Assembly (NCBI GenBank): GCA_009838635.1
Contig: VXRE01000161.1
Span: 2,485-66,484, forward strand
Source: Acidimicrobiia bacterium
Lineage (GTDB): Bacteria; Actinomycetota; Acidimicrobiia; Spongiisociales; Spongiisociaceae
DNA: 64,000 nucleotides
Direction of reading: 5' to 3'
Both the position numbers and the translations under genes were made by a program. This document shows positions 25,658-36,160 of the stretch, piece by piece; the first letter of the stretch is position 1; each line of letters opens with the position of its first letter. The notes beneath the pieces were generated by a model. The model was not told the origin of the DNA and ran no database searches. It saw only the letters and a list, made by a program, of their open reading frames with translations.

Positions 25658-27255
25658 GATGGGCTGCCGGCCGCTCCGGCCGGGTGCGCTCCGGCGCGGA
25701 GCAAGCCGATGACGATCCCGTCGGCCATCGCCTCCCAGGTGGCTTCTATGACGTTCTCGTGCACCCCGATGGACCCCCAGGTCGAGGGGCCGTCGCTCAT
25801 CTCGATGAAGACCCTCACCACCGCGGCCGTCGAAGCGGTGGCGTCCAGGACTCGTACGTTGTAGTTGGTGAGGCGCAGGGTGTCGAGTTGGGGATAGTGG
25901 TGCTTGAGCGCTTCCCGGAGGGCATGGTCGAGGGCGTTGACCGGCCCGTTGCCCTCGCCGGTTCTTATCACCCGCTCGCCCCGGATCACGATCTTGACCG
26001 TGGCCTCCGCCATGACCAGCGCGTCGGAGCGGTGCTCGGTCGAGACCCGGAACGACTCCAGCTCGAAGAAGTCGTGCGACCATCCGCCGGCCTGCCGCAG
26101 CATCAGCTCGAACGAGCCGTCAGCGGCCTCGAAGTGGTAACCCCGGTTCTCCATCTGCTTGATCTCGTCCAGCACCTCGGTGGCCTGTGCTCCGGTTAAC
26201 GCGATGCCCAGGTCCCGGGCCTTGGCGAGTATGGTCGAGCGGCCCGACAGCTCCGAGACCACGGTACGGGTCCGGTTGCCGACGTGAGCCGGGTTCTGGT
26301 GCTCGTAGGCGTCGGGGCGCCGGGCCAGCGCCGAGGTGTGCAGGCCGGCCTTGTGGGTGAAGGCCGACGCGCCCACGAACGGACTGTGAGGGTCGAGGCT
26401 GACGTTCACGATCTCTGCGATGTGGTGGGCGATGGGCGACAGGATCTCGAGCCGGACCGGATCGAGTACGGGGACTCCCATCTTCAGCACCAGGTCAGGC
26501 AGGATGGTGGAGAGGTCGGCGTTGCCGGTTCTCTCTCCGTAGCCGTTGATGCACCCCTGAACCTGCCGGATCCCCATCTCGACAGCGGTCAGCGACGAAG
26601 CCACCGCACAACCGGCGTCGTTGTGGAAGTGCACGCCCAGTTCTGCGTCAGGAAGAGCCTCCTGGACCCGGTCGATGGCGCCTGCGATGTCCGGCAGCAG
26701 GCGTCCTCCGTTGGTATCGCACAGGACCAGGCGTTCGGCGCCCTCCTCGAATGCGGCACGGAGCACTCTGATGGAAAAGCCGGGGTTCGACAGGTAGCCG
26801 TCGAAGAAGTGCTCCGCATCGAAGAAGACCCGTCGGTCGTGGCGCCTCAGGTAGGCCACCGACTCGGCCACCATGGCGACGCCGTCGTCCAGGTCCGTCA
26901 GGAGCGCCTCGCGCACGTGGTAGTCCCACGCCTTCCCGACGATGCAGACCACGTCTGTCTCTGCCTCGAGCAGGTTGAGCATCTGTGGATCGCCCTCGAC
27001 AGACCGGCGGGGCCGGCGCGTGGCGCCGAAAGCGGTCAGCGACGCGGTACGGAGGCTGAGCTCGGAACGAGCCCGCTTGAAGAACTCGCTGTCCTTCGGG
27101 TTGGCCCCGGGCCATCCGCCCTCGATGTAGCCGACCCCGAGGTCGTCCAGCAGAGCGGCTATCCGCAGCTTGTCGGAGACGGTCAGCGAGATGCCTTCCT
27201 GCTGGGCCCCGTCGCGCAGGGTGGTGTCGTAGATCTCGAGTAGGGGATGTGCCAT
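25654..27255 (-). CDS. cimA: Citramalate synthase (LeuA-related, CimA type)
   Basis: MAHPLLEIYDTTLRDGAQQEGISLTVSDKLRIAALLDDLGVGYIEGGWPGANPKDSEFF, about 533 aa with a LeuA-dimer-like C-terminus. AAGGGAGGGG RBS upstream of the ATG at 27255. Confidence 0.8.
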   Translation of the reverse strand: MAHPLLEIYDTTLRDGAQQEGISLTVSDKLRIAALLDDLGVGYIEGGWPGANPKDSEFFKRARSELSLRTASLTAFGATRRPRRSVEGDPQMLNLLEAETDVVCIVGKAWDYHVREALLTDLDDGVAMVAESVAYLRRHDRRVFFDAEHFFDGYLSNPGFSIRVLRAAFEEGAERLVLCDTNGGRLLPDIAGAIDRVQEALPDAELGVHFHNDAGCAVASSLTAVEMGIRQVQGCINGYGERTGNADLSTILPDLVLKMGVPVLDPVRLEILSPIAHHIAEIVNVSLDPHSPFVGASAFTHKAGLHTSALARRPDAYEHQNPAHVGNRTRTVVSELSGRSTILAKARDLGIALTGAQATEVLDEIKQMENRGYHFEAADGSFELMLRQAGGWSHDFFELESFRVSTEHRSDALVMAEATVKIVIRGERVIRTGEGNGPVNALDHALREALKHHYPQLDTLRLTNYNVRVLDATASTAAVVRVFIEMSDGPSTWGSIGVHENVIEATWEAMADGIVIGLLRAGAHPAGAAGSPS

Positions 27256-27294
27256 GCGAGCCCCCCTCCCTTTGTGAGGCCGGCGGACGTTGGG

Positions 27295-27330
27295 TGCCAA
27301 ATAAAGAACCCTGCGCCGGGGCGCAGGGTT
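27295..27330 (-). terminator. Intrinsic terminator-like hairpin in the cimA 5' leader (candidate attenuator)
   Basis: Minus strand reads AACCCUGCGCC-CC-GGCGCAGGGUU followed by CUUUAUUUGG, about 40 nt upstream of the cimA ATG. No upstream minus-strand gene ends here; trpS diverges. Confidence 0.6.
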
Positions 27331-27357
27331 GCGGACACAGGGTCGGTTCCCTATGCC

Positions 27358-27390
27358 CTATTCGATAATGATCCCGGTGTGGTTGCTCAT
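27358..27390 (-). promoter_or_regulatory. Candidate leader peptide MSNHTGIIIE* (three consecutive Ile codons)
   Basis: Minus strand ATG AGC AAC CAC ACC GGG ATC ATT ATC GAA TAG, ending 27 nt before the terminator hairpin. GGAG lies directly adjacent to the ATG, which is suboptimal spacing. Confidence 0.45.
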
Positions 27391-27517
27391 CTCCGGACGG
27401 AGTGTCGCTGATCCGGTCCGGTATGTCAACATCCATTTCAGGACGGGCCGGTGGACCGGTGCTGCGCGGACGCACCGTTTAGCGGTCATCGGGCGGTCCG
27501 CGTAACCTCTGGATGAC

Positions 27518-28516
27518 TTGAGCGGAGGTGATGAGGTGACCACCAAAAGGGTCTTTTCGGGGATCCAGCCCAGCGGTGATATCCACATCGGCAATTACAT
27601 GGGGGCGCTCCGCAACTGGGTGGCCATGCAGGACGAGTACGCCACGGTCTACTGCGTGGTCGATCTCCATGCTCTCACCCTCCCTCAGGATCCCGCCGAA
27701 TTGGCGCGGGCCCGGGTACGGACCGCCAAGATCCTGCTGGCGGCGGGGATCGACCCGCGCCGCTCCATGGTGTACTACCAGAGCCAGGTGCCGCAGCACG
27801 CCGAGCTGTCCTGGATCATGGGAACCTTCGCCTCGATGGGCCAGTTGGGCCGGATGACCCAGTACAAGGAGAAGGAGGACAAGGGCGGGCAGAACCTGGG
27901 TCTGTTCTCCTATCCGGTGCTGATGGCGGCCGACATCCTGGTCCACCGCGTGCATGCCGTGCCGGTCGGTAACGACCAGACCCAGCATCTCGAGTTCACC
28001 CGTGATCTCGTTGACCGGTTCAACTCACGCTACGGGGACTTCTTCCCGGTGCCCGAGCAGATAACCCCGCCGGTGGGAGCACGGGTGATGTCCCTGAAGG
28101 ATCCCACCTCCAAGATGTCCAAGTCCGACCCGGATCCGGGCTCGCGGATAATCGTGACCGACGGCGCCGACACCATCGTGACCAAGGTTCGGCGGGCGGT
28201 TACGGACTCGGGCAACCTGATCGCCTACGACGTGGAGCGCAAGCCCGGGATCAGCAACCTACTTGACATCCTGTCCGCGTTCACGGGCCGTGACGTCCAC
28301 CAACTGGCGGAGGAGTACCGTTCCGTCGGCTACGGACGGTTCAAGCAAACCGTTGCCGAGGCGGTGATCTCTGGCCTGGCGCCGGTGCGCCGAGCCTATC
28401 TCGACCTGGACGACGCCGACGTGGAACGGATCATGTCAGAGGGCGCCGAAGCGGCCCGCACCAGGGCCGAGGAGACCATGACCGGCGTGCGCCACCTCAT
28501 CGGGATCAGTCGTTAG
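27518..28516 (+). CDS. trpS: Tryptophan--tRNA ligase
   Basis: FSGIQPSGDIHIGNYMGA (HIGH-type motif), KMSKSDP (KMSKS), about 330 aa. Confidence 0.9.
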   Translation: MSGGDEVTTKRVFSGIQPSGDIHIGNYMGALRNWVAMQDEYATVYCVVDLHALTLPQDPAELARARVRTAKILLAAGIDPRRSMVYYQSQVPQHAELSWIMGTFASMGQLGRMTQYKEKEDKGGQNLGLFSYPVLMAADILVHRVHAVPVGNDQTQHLEFTRDLVDRFNSRYGDFFPVPEQITPPVGARVMSLKDPTSKMSKSDPDPGSRIIVTDGADTIVTKVRRAVTDSGNLIAYDVERKPGISNLLDILSAFTGRDVHQLAEEYRSVGYGRFKQTVAEAVISGLAPVRRAYLDLDDADVERIMSEGAEAARTRAEETMTGVRHLIGISR

Positions 28517-28535
28517 TTCCTGGCTGACACCACAA

Positions 28536-29264
28536 CTACAAACCGGTTGGAGGGGTCGGGAAGAAGAACAGCACCACCAGCGTTGTCAGGTTGAAGCCGC
28601 TGTGGGCGAAGATCGTGGGACCGAGGGTGCCGGTCCGAGCCCTCAGCGTTCCCAGGAACAACCCGAACGCGAAGAGGACCAGGAGGGTTACAGCGCCGGC
28701 GGCGCTGTACAGCGACGGATCCACCAGGTGGATGGCGCTGAACAGGACAGAGCTGACGATCACGGCCGTGATCGGCTTGCGGTTGTTTCCCAGGAGCATC
28801 CGGAAGACCAGCCCGCGGTGGATCATCTCCTCCACGACCGGGCCCAGCACCGCCACGCCCACCACTACGGCCGCCATCGTGCTCGTTCCACGAGTCTCGG
28901 CAACCGCTTCCACGATCGCCTGGGGGATCGCATCCTCTACGCCCAGCAGGAAGCGGAGTCCGGCCGCGAGCCAGGCGAGCACTATCGACATGGCCGCACC
29001 CGCCAGTACCCAGCGGGCGTGGCGCGGCTCGACCTCGAACGAGAGGGCCTCGGCCAGGTTGGGGAACCCGCGAACCCTGCCTAGCAGGGCGAGCGCGCCG
29101 ATGTGGCCGAGGTTCTGGAGGGGAATCAGGACCCAGAAGTAGAAGTTGGGGTCGGCGGTGTCCGCGCCGAGTGCTCCGGCGATCAGTCCTGCGACCACCG
29201 CCCCAAGGACTCCTGCTCCGAGGACCGTAAGGGCGTCGTACCAACGCCAGCGAGCTTCCAGCAC
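28536..29264 (-). CDS. CPBP family intramembrane glutamic endopeptidase (CAAX protease/Abi)
   Basis: EEMIHRG, FSAIH and FAHSGFN motifs in a multi-TM protein. Confidence 0.8.
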   Translation of the reverse strand: MLEARWRWYDALTVLGAGVLGAVVAGLIAGALGADTADPNFYFWVLIPLQNLGHIGALALLGRVRGFPNLAEALSFEVEPRHARWVLAGAAMSIVLAWLAAGLRFLLGVEDAIPQAIVEAVAETRGTSTMAAVVVGVAVLGPVVEEMIHRGLVFRMLLGNNRKPITAVIVSSVLFSAIHLVDPSLYSAAGAVTLLVLFAFGLFLGTLRARTGTLGPTIFAHSGFNLTTLVVLFFFPTPPTGL

Positions 29265-29321
29265 TGACCCGCCAGGCTAGCGGTCTGGTATTTTCTTGGA
29301 GCGCACTGGGAGGTTAGCTAG

Positions 29322-30482
29322 GTGGACATTTCGATCGGCATCGGTAAGTCGGGCCGGCGCGGTTTCGGCTTCGACGACATATCAGTCGTCCCCAGCCGCC
29401 GCACCCGCGATCCTGACGACGTCAACCTCTCCTGGGAGTTGGACGGCTACAGGTTCGAGCTACCGATGCTCGGGTCGGCGATGGACTCGGCTGTGTCCCC
29501 TGCTACCGCGGTCGCCATCGGCCGGCTGGGAGGCCTCGGCGTGCTCAACCTGGAGGGTTTGTGGGCGCGTTACCAGGATCCCGAACCGGTGTTCGAGGAG
29601 GTGGCGACGCTGCCGGCCGACCGCGCCACCGCCCGCCTCCAGGAGTTGTACCGGGCGCCCATCGACCCGGATCTCATGCGACAGCGGATCTCCGACATCA
29701 AGTCGGCGGGGGTGGTCGCCGCGGCGTCTCTCACCCCGCAGAGCGTGGAGCGTTACATCGACGGGGTGGTGGAGGCCGGGCTCGACGTCCTGGTGATCCA
29801 GGGCACGGTGGTGTCGGCCGAGCACGTCTCCAGCCGCGACGATCCTCTCGATCTGTCGTCCTTCATCGCCGGCCTGGACCTTCCCGTGATCGTGGGCGGC
29901 TGCGCGTCCTACGCCGGGGCGATCCACCTGATGCGCACCGGCGCCGCCGGCATCCTGGTCGGGGTCGGTCCCGGCGCGGCCTGTACCACCCGCCGAGTGC
30001 TGGGGATGGGGGTGCCGCAGGCCACGGCCATCGCCGACGCGGCCGGTGCCCGGATCCGGTACCTGGCCGAGGCAGGACGGTACGTCCACGTCATAGCGGA
30101 CGGCGGCATGAGCACCGGCGGTGACATAGCAAAGGCGATCGCCTGCGGGGCGGACGCGGTGATGATCGGCTCGCCGCTGGCCTCGGCGGTCGAGGCGCCG
30201 GGGCAGGGCGCCCACTGGGGAATGGCTACCTACCACCCGTCGGTGCCCCGGGGCACGAGGGTGATGACCGGACAACTGGGCACCCTCGAGCAGATCCTGG
30301 TGGGCCCGGCCCGGGAGAACGACGGCCGCCAGAACCTGTTCGGCGCGCTGAGGCTAGCCATGGCGAGCACGGGGTACGCCGACCTCAAGGAGTTCCACAA
30401 GGCGGAGTTGGTGGTGGCGCCGTCGGTCCGGACCGAGGGAAAGGCCCTCCAGCGGAGCCAGCGAGTCGGGATGGGTTCTTGA
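29322..30482 (+). CDS. guaB3: GuaB3 family IMP dehydrogenase-related protein
   Basis: N-terminus ..[30 protein letters not shown].. and TIM-barrel motifs. Immediately upstream of guaA. Confidence 0.8.
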   Translation: MDISIGIGKSGRRGFGFDDISVVPSRRTRDPDDVNLSWELDGYRFELPMLGSAMDSAVSPATAVAIGRLGGLGVLNLEGLWARYQDPEPVFEEVATLPADRATARLQELYRAPIDPDLMRQRISDIKSAGVVAAASLTPQSVERYIDGVVEAGLDVLVIQGTVVSAEHVSSRDDPLDLSSFIAGLDLPVIVGGCASYAGAIHLMRTGAAGILVGVGPGAACTTRRVLGMGVPQATAIADAAGARIRYLAEAGRYVHVIADGGMSTGGDIAKAIACGADAVMIGSPLASAVEAPGQGAHWGMATYHPSVPRGTRVMTGQLGTLEQILVGPARENDGRQNLFGALRLAMASTGYADLKEFHKAELVVAPSVRTEGKALQRSQRVGMGS

Positions 30483-32041
30483 ATCCTGTTCCGCCTACCG
30501 GCGGGGAGGCCCGCCATCGCCCGGTGCTCGTGGTCGATCTGGGCGCCCAGTACGCCCAACTGATCGCCCGCCGGATCCGCCAGGCCGGCGTCTTCTCCCT
30601 GATCGTCTCGCGCGACATCGGCGTGGAGGAGGCCCGGCGCCACCAGCCGCTCGGTCTCGTGCTGTCCGGCGGCCCGCTGTCCGTCTACGCCGACGACGCC
30701 TACCTGATCGACCCCGGCCTCCTGGAGATCGGCGTCCCAGTGCTCGGCATCTGCTACGGCCACCAGCTCCTGGCCCACCTGCTGGGGGGCACCGTGGAGC
30801 GCACCGGCGAGGCCGAGTACGGACGTACCTCCCTCGACGTGACCGGCGATTCCCTGCTGCTGGCCGGAACTCCGGCCCGCCAGGATGTCTGGATGAGCCA
30901 TATGGATGCCGTCACGCGGCCGCCGCAAGGGTTTGCCGGGGTGGCTACAACGCAGGGCTCGCCGGTGGCGACCATGGAGGACCAGGAGCGCCTTTTCTAC
31001 GGCGTCCAGTTCCACCCCGAGGTCATCCACACAGACCACGGGTTCGAAGTCATGGAGCGGTTCGTGAGGGACGCGTGCGGAGCCGCGCAAGACTGGACCG
31101 GCGGGTCGATCATCACCGAGCAGGTCAGCGCCATCCGGACCAGGGTGGGAGATGCCCGGGTTGTCTGCGGCCTGTCCGGCGGCGTCGACTCGGCGGTGGC
31201 CGCCGCCCTGGTCCATCGGGCGGTCGGGAACCGCCTCACCTGCGTGTTCGTGGATCACGGGCTGCTGCGAGCCGGGGAGGCGGAGCAGGTCGACGAGACG
31301 TTCCGCCGGAACTTCGAGATCGACCTGATACGGGTCGATGCCGCCGATCGGTTCCTGGATGCGCTGGCAGGAGTGACCGATCCCGAGCGGAAGCGCCGCA
31401 TCATCGGTGAGCTCTTCATCCGCACCTTCGAGGAGGCCACGGCCGGCATTCCCGACGCCCGGTTCCTGGTCCAGGGCACGCTGTACCCGGATGTCATCGA
31501 GTCCGGCGGCGCCTCTGCCGCCACGATCAAGACCCACCACAACGTGGGCGGGCTACCCGACAACCTGGGTTTCGAGCTCATCGAGCCGCTTCGCGACCTG
31601 TTCAAGGACGAGGTCAGAGCGGTGGGGGAGGAGTTGGGACTTCCCGAGGAGATCGTCTGGCGCCAGCCCTTCCCCGGCCCCGGCCTGGCGGTGCGCGTGA
31701 TCGGAGATGTCACCCGGGAGCGGCTGGAACTCCTCCGGGCCGCCGACGCCATCGTTACCGCGGAGATCCGCGAGGCCGGGCTGTACCGGGAGATATGGCA
31801 GTCGTTCGCGGTGCTTCCGGACGTGAGGACGGTAGGTGTACAGGGCGATGGACGGACGTACGCCCACGCTCTGGTGGTGCGAGCGGTCACATCGGAGGAC
31901 GCCATGACGGCGGACTTCGCCCGGATCCCCTATCCGGTCCTCGAGCGGATCTCCCGCCGGGTGATGAACGAGGTTCCCGGAATCAACCGGGTGGCCTACG
32001 ACATCTCCTCCAAGCCACCCGCCACCATCGAGTGGGAGTAG
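30479..32041 (+). CDS. guaA: GMP synthase (glutamine-hydrolysing)
   Basis: GATase [11 protein letters not shown]-PPase SGGVDSAV, C-terminal ..[13 protein letters not shown]. Confidence 0.9.
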   Translation: MNPVPPTGGEARHRPVLVVDLGAQYAQLIARRIRQAGVFSLIVSRDIGVEEARRHQPLGLVLSGGPLSVYADDAYLIDPGLLEIGVPVLGICYGHQLLAHLLGGTVERTGEAEYGRTSLDVTGDSLLLAGTPARQDVWMSHMDAVTRPPQGFAGVATTQGSPVATMEDQERLFYGVQFHPEVIHTDHGFEVMERFVRDACGAAQDWTGGSIITEQVSAIRTRVGDARVVCGLSGGVDSAVAAALVHRAVGNRLTCVFVDHGLLRAGEAEQVDETFRRNFEIDLIRVDAADRFLDALAGVTDPERKRRIIGELFIRTFEEATAGIPDARFLVQGTLYPDVIESGGASAATIKTHHNVGGLPDNLGFELIEPLRDLFKDEVRAVGEELGLPEEIVWRQPFPGPGLAVRVIGDVTRERLELLRAADAIVTAEIREAGLYREIWQSFAVLPDVRTVGVQGDGRTYAHALVVRAVTSEDAMTADFARIPYPVLERISRRVMNEVPGINRVAYDISSKPPATIEWE

Positions 32042-32126
32042 CCGCCTACGGTGGTAGCCGTCGCCATGGTGACCCGACGGGGGTTGCTGCAGTTGGGTCG
32101 TGGCCGCCGCGTTCGGCTGTTACAGG

Positions 32127-32411
32127 CTAAGAGACGAAGGCCGGTGGCCTGGTGAACGGATAGGGCCTCGGAGGGTCTTGCGCCCATAGCGAGTCGAGAA
32201 TCCGGGCGTCGCCATCAGGCAGTTCATAGGAAGCGCGGATGACCTTGAGCGGCCAGGCACGCGCCGGTCTGAGCACTTCGATCCCGACCACTTCACCGGA
32301 TTCGTCCAGGTCGACCATTGTCCCCTCGTCGAACTGCCGCGTCCGAGCCACTGGCGAATCAGTGATCTCTATGTAGAGAGCGTCAGCGTCATAGTCGTAG
32401 GAGAAGATCAT
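32127..32411 (-). CDS. DUF2283 domain-containing protein
   Basis: MIFSYDYDADALYIEITDSPVARTRQFDEGTMVDLDESGEVVGIEVL fits the DUF2283 pattern. Confidence 0.7.
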   Translation of the reverse strand: MIFSYDYDADALYIEITDSPVARTRQFDEGTMVDLDESGEVVGIEVLRPARAWPLKVIRASYELPDGDARILDSLWAQDPPRPYPFTRPPAFVS

Positions 32412-32498
32412 CTGCTGAAACCTCCGTGCTCATCGGGCCACGCGGCTGTGATCACATGGTATCGGTTCTCAACGCTTGCGCATACCTGGAGGAAGTCC

Positions 32499-33701
32499 TC
32501 ATTGCGGGTTGCGGCGGTTGGTCCAGTGGCGCTTGCGGAGGTGGCGGATGACGTTTGCCGGGGTGTCGCGCCAGCACTGGAGGGGGTCCCATCCGTCGTG
32601 GGCCAGGCACATGTTGCACGACACGCACTCGACCCCGCCGGTACGCCCGGCCTCGAGCTTCCGCACCAGGTCGGGCTCGCGGATGAACGGGCGGGCCATG
32701 GCCACGAAGTCCGCGTCGCCGGAGGCCAGGACGTCGGTCATGGTGCCGGTGGTTCGCACGCCTCCCACCAGGATCGTAGGTACGCCTGCGGCCCGGCGGA
32801 CGTCCCGGGCGAAGGGTCGGTAATAGGCCTCAGGGCCCTCGGGGTTCCAGCATCGCTGCGCCAGCAACTGCCTCCAGGCCTGGCGACGGCCGACCGCCAC
32901 GTACGGGCGGATGTTCTCGGCGTAGCTGCGCATCACGCCGAAAGTGGTCTCGAATCCGTCGATGCCCCGCTCCGCCAGCAACCTGGCCCGCTGCAGTGAC
33001 TCCTCGCGCAGCAGGCCGCCCGGAACCGAATCCTCCACGCTGAGCCGGGCCGTCACCGGGAACCCGGTTCCGACGGCCGCGCGCACGGCCTCGTAGACCT
33101 CCACGAGGAACCGACCGCGGCGCTCGGCGTCACCACCCCAGCCATCCTCCCTGGTGTTGGCATGGGGCGAGCAGAACTCCGAGATCAGGTAGCCGTTGCC
33201 GCCGTGAATGTGGACACCGTCGAAACCCGCCTCTCGGGCTCGCCCGGCCGCGTCACCGAACGCCCGGACCAGAGCCTCGATCCCGGCCTCGGACAGCTCC
33301 TCCGGCTGGTGGGCGTACATGGCGTTCGGCACCGGCGAGGGAGCCACAGGGGTGATGGACGACATCATCGTCTGGCTTCCGCAATGGCCGAGTTGGGCGA
33401 ATATGGTCCCGCCGGCCTCGTGAACGGCGCGGGTGGCTCGCCGGAGGTACGGGATCACACCATCGCGGTGTATCCCGGTCTGGTGACGGCTGGCCTGGCC
33501 GCGCGGATCGACGTACATGTGGCCGGTGAGGATGAGGCCCGCGCCTCCGGCGGCCAGGCGACGGTACAGGTCCACGTACGAGTCCAGGACCTCTCCACCG
33601 GGCGCGGCCATGGTCTCGGACGTGGCGGCGCGCACGATCCGGTTGGCGATGGTGACCGTCCCGATCCGCCCCGGCCGGAGGTAGAGAGGCAGGTTGCTCA
33701 T
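32499..33701 (-). CDS. NADH:flavin oxidoreductase (Old Yellow Enzyme family)
   Basis: IANRIVRAATSE, GAGLILTGHMYV, FDGVHIHGGNGYLISEF, ILVGGVRT. ATG at 33701 (MSNLPLYL..) is preferred. Confidence 0.8.
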   Translation of the reverse strand: MSNLPLYLRPGRIGTVTIANRIVRAATSETMAAPGGEVLDSYVDLYRRLAAGGAGLILTGHMYVDPRGQASRHQTGIHRDGVIPYLRRATRAVHEAGGTIFAQLGHCGSQTMMSSITPVAPSPVPNAMYAHQPEELSEAGIEALVRAFGDAAGRAREAGFDGVHIHGGNGYLISEFCSPHANTREDGWGGDAERRGRFLVEVYEAVRAAVGTGFPVTARLSVEDSVPGGLLREESLQRARLLAERGIDGFETTFGVMRSYAENIRPYVAVGRRQAWRQLLAQRCWNPEGPEAYYRPFARDVRRAAGVPTILVGGVRTTGTMTDVLASGDADFVAMARPFIREPDLVRKLEAGRTGGVECVSCNMCLAHDGWDPLQCWRDTPANVIRHLRKRHWTNRRNPQ

Positions 33702-33803
33702 CGCGATCTCCTGACGCGGTCGGCGGGGTCGGGTGCGCCATTCTGGCACGCGCCGCGAGGGGGGTGCATCCACCATGTCATCTAATTACAACGCTGTGAT
33801 TAC

Positions 33804-36053
33804 GTGACATGGGGTCCGGTTAACATGACCGGGATGGTCCAGTTGATCGAAACCGACACTGCTCCGAACGACCCATCAGACTCTCCGCTGTTCGCCGATC
33901 TCAACCCGACCCAGCGGGAGGCGGTGGCCGCCACCGAGGGTCCTGTGCTGGTGGTGGCCGGTGCCGGCTCGGGCAAGACCAGGGTGCTCACCTACCGGGT
34001 CGCCCACCTGATACGCGACCTCGGGGTGGCGCCGTGGGAGGTCCTGGCCATCACCTTCACCAACAAGGCGGCCGGCGAGATGAAGGAGCGGGTTAGGAGT
34101 CTGGTGGGTCCGAGGGCCAAGGGGATGTGGATTTCCACCTTCCACTCCGCGTGCGTGAGGATCCTCCGTAGGGAAGCGCCCCGGCTGGGTTACTCGTCAC
34201 GGTTCACGATCTACGACGCCCAGGACTCGCTCCGGGCCATCACCCGTGTGATCCGGGATCTGCGCCTGGACCCGAAGAACTTCCAGCCCCGGGCGATGCG
34301 TGCCAAGATCTCCAACGCCAAGAACGAGCTGGTGGACTACGAGAGCTTTTCCGAGCAGGGCGGGAACTTCCGTCACGAGATCGAGGCCGACATCTACCGG
34401 CTCTACCAGGAGCAGCTGTTGAAGAACTCGGCTATGGACTTCGACGATCTCCTCATGGTGGCCACGGAGGTGCTCGACGCCTTCCCCGACGTGCTCGAGT
34501 ACTACCGCGAGCGGTTCCGGTACCTGCATGTCGACGAGTTCCAGGACACCAACCGCGCCCAGTACGTGCTGGTCCGCCAGCTGGCCGGGGAGAGAGCCAA
34601 TGTCTGCGCGGTCGGCGACTCCGATCAGTCGATCTACGCGTTCCGCGGGGCCGATATCCGCAACATCCTCAATTTCGAGCGGGACTATCCCCAGGCTCGG
34701 GTGGTGGTGCTCGACCAGAACTATCGCTCCACGCAGACCATCCTGGAGGCCGCCAACGCGGTGATCTCCCACAACGGTCGCCGCCAGCCCAAGCGGCTGT
34801 GGAGCGACCTCGGCCAGGGTGCTCCCATCTCGCTCTACACCGCAGAGGACGAGGCCGATGAGGGTGGGTTCGTGGCCGAGGAGATCCGCAAGTTGTCGAG
34901 AGAGGGCTTCGACCTGTCGCGGATGGCGGTGTTCTACCGGGTCAACGCCCAGAGCCGGGCCGTGGAGGAGAGCTTTGCCCGCTTCGGTGTGTCCTACCGC
35001 GTGATCGGCACGGTTCGGTTCTACGAGCGGCGCGAGATCAAGGATGTGCTGGCCTATCTGCGGGTGCTGGTCAACCCGGCCGACGAAGTCTCGGTGCGCC
35101 GGATCATCAACCTGCCCCGGCGGGGCATCGGCGATGTGACGATCGGCTGGCTGGCCCGGTTCGCCGAGGCGGAGGAGACCACCTTCTTCGAGGCGGCCCG
35201 GCGTCACGCTGAGAACGACTCGCTGGCGAAGCGGGCCCACGGCGCCATCGACTCCTTTCTCGCCGACATGGAGAAGGTCGCCGGCCATGCCGCGTCCGGT
35301 CCGGCGGCAGCCGTCAGGGCGGCGCTGGAGGAGGTGGGCTACCTCGAGGCGGTCGAGGCTGAGGGCACCGTCGAGGCTCAGGGGAGGGCCGAGAACCTGC
35401 GCGAGCTCCTCTCCGGCGCGGAGGAGTTCGAACTGGCCGCCCTGCCGGATGGGGGGGAAGAACCGGACGGGATGCGCCTGGTGGAGCAGTTCCTGGAGTC
35501 GGTCAGCCTGGTGAGCGACACCGACGAGTTGGATGACAAGGGCGGCGCGGTGACCCTCATGACCCTGCACAACGCCAAGGGCCTCGAGTTCCCGGTGGTG
35601 TTCATCGTGGGCATGGAGGACGGGATCTTCCCCTACGCCCGGGCCCTTACCGACCACGACGAGCTCGAGGAGGAGCGCCGGCTCTGCTACGTGGGTCTCA
35701 CCCGGGCCCAGGAGCGCCTCTACCTATCAGCCTCCCGGTCCCGCCTGCTGTACGGGATGTCCACCTACAACCCGCCCTCCCGGTTCCTGCGAGAGATACC
35801 GGCCGGCCTGGTCAACAAGCTGGGCAGGCGCCTGAGGGACCACCGCCGGGAGTCGCTCGGCGGGCGCCGCCGGGCGCGGCTCGGTACCGAACTGGCAGTG
35901 GACGATCGGGTGCGGCATGACGTCTGGGGGATCGGCCGGGTGGTCAGCGTGGAGGGCACCGGCGGCGGCGCCCAGGTCGAGGTGGACTTCCCGGCCGAGG
36001 GCACCAAGCGGCTCCTCGTTCACTGGGCCCCGATGGAGAAGATCCAGGCGTAG
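33804..36053 (+). CDS. pcrA: ATP-dependent DNA helicase PcrA/UvrD
   Basis: LNPTQREAVAATEGPVLVVAGAGSGKT, DEFQDTN, VTLMTLHNAKGLEF, C-terminal Tudor-like VRHDVWGIGRVVSVEG. Confidence 0.9.
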   Translation: MTWGPVNMTGMVQLIETDTAPNDPSDSPLFADLNPTQREAVAATEGPVLVVAGAGSGKTRVLTYRVAHLIRDLGVAPWEVLAITFTNKAAGEMKERVRSLVGPRAKGMWISTFHSACVRILRREAPRLGYSSRFTIYDAQDSLRAITRVIRDLRLDPKNFQPRAMRAKISNAKNELVDYESFSEQGGNFRHEIEADIYRLYQEQLLKNSAMDFDDLLMVATEVLDAFPDVLEYYRERFRYLHVDEFQDTNRAQYVLVRQLAGERANVCAVGDSDQSIYAFRGADIRNILNFERDYPQARVVVLDQNYRSTQTILEAANAVISHNGRRQPKRLWSDLGQGAPISLYTAEDEADEGGFVAEEIRKLSREGFDLSRMAVFYRVNAQSRAVEESFARFGVSYRVIGTVRFYERREIKDVLAYLRVLVNPADEVSVRRIINLPRRGIGDVTIGWLARFAEAEETTFFEAARRHAENDSLAKRAHGAIDSFLADMEKVAGHAASGPAAAVRAALEEVGYLEAVEAEGTVEAQGRAENLRELLSGAEEFELAALPDGGEEPDGMRLVEQFLESVSLVSDTDELDDKGGAVTLMTLHNAKGLEFPVVFIVGMEDGIFPYARALTDHDELEEERRLCYVGLTRAQERLYLSASRSRLLYGMSTYNPPSRFLREIPAGLVNKLGRRLRDHRRESLGGRRRARLGTELAVDDRVRHDVWGIGRVVSVEGTGGGAQVEVDFPAEGTKRLLVHWAPMEKIQA

Positions 36054-36160
36054 TGGCCGGTGCCAGTGGCCGGTAGCCAGTTCGCGACCTAGAGGCAATC
36101 AAGTTCCTCGTGCCCAAAAACTTGTCGGGTTGTCCGTTCCTCCCGAGTTACAACATTCTC

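Noticed and set aside
33702-33803. LexA/SOS box upstream of pcrA
   Set aside because: No TCGAAC-N4-GTTCGA-like palindrome is present. Only AT-richer promoter-like sequence is seen.
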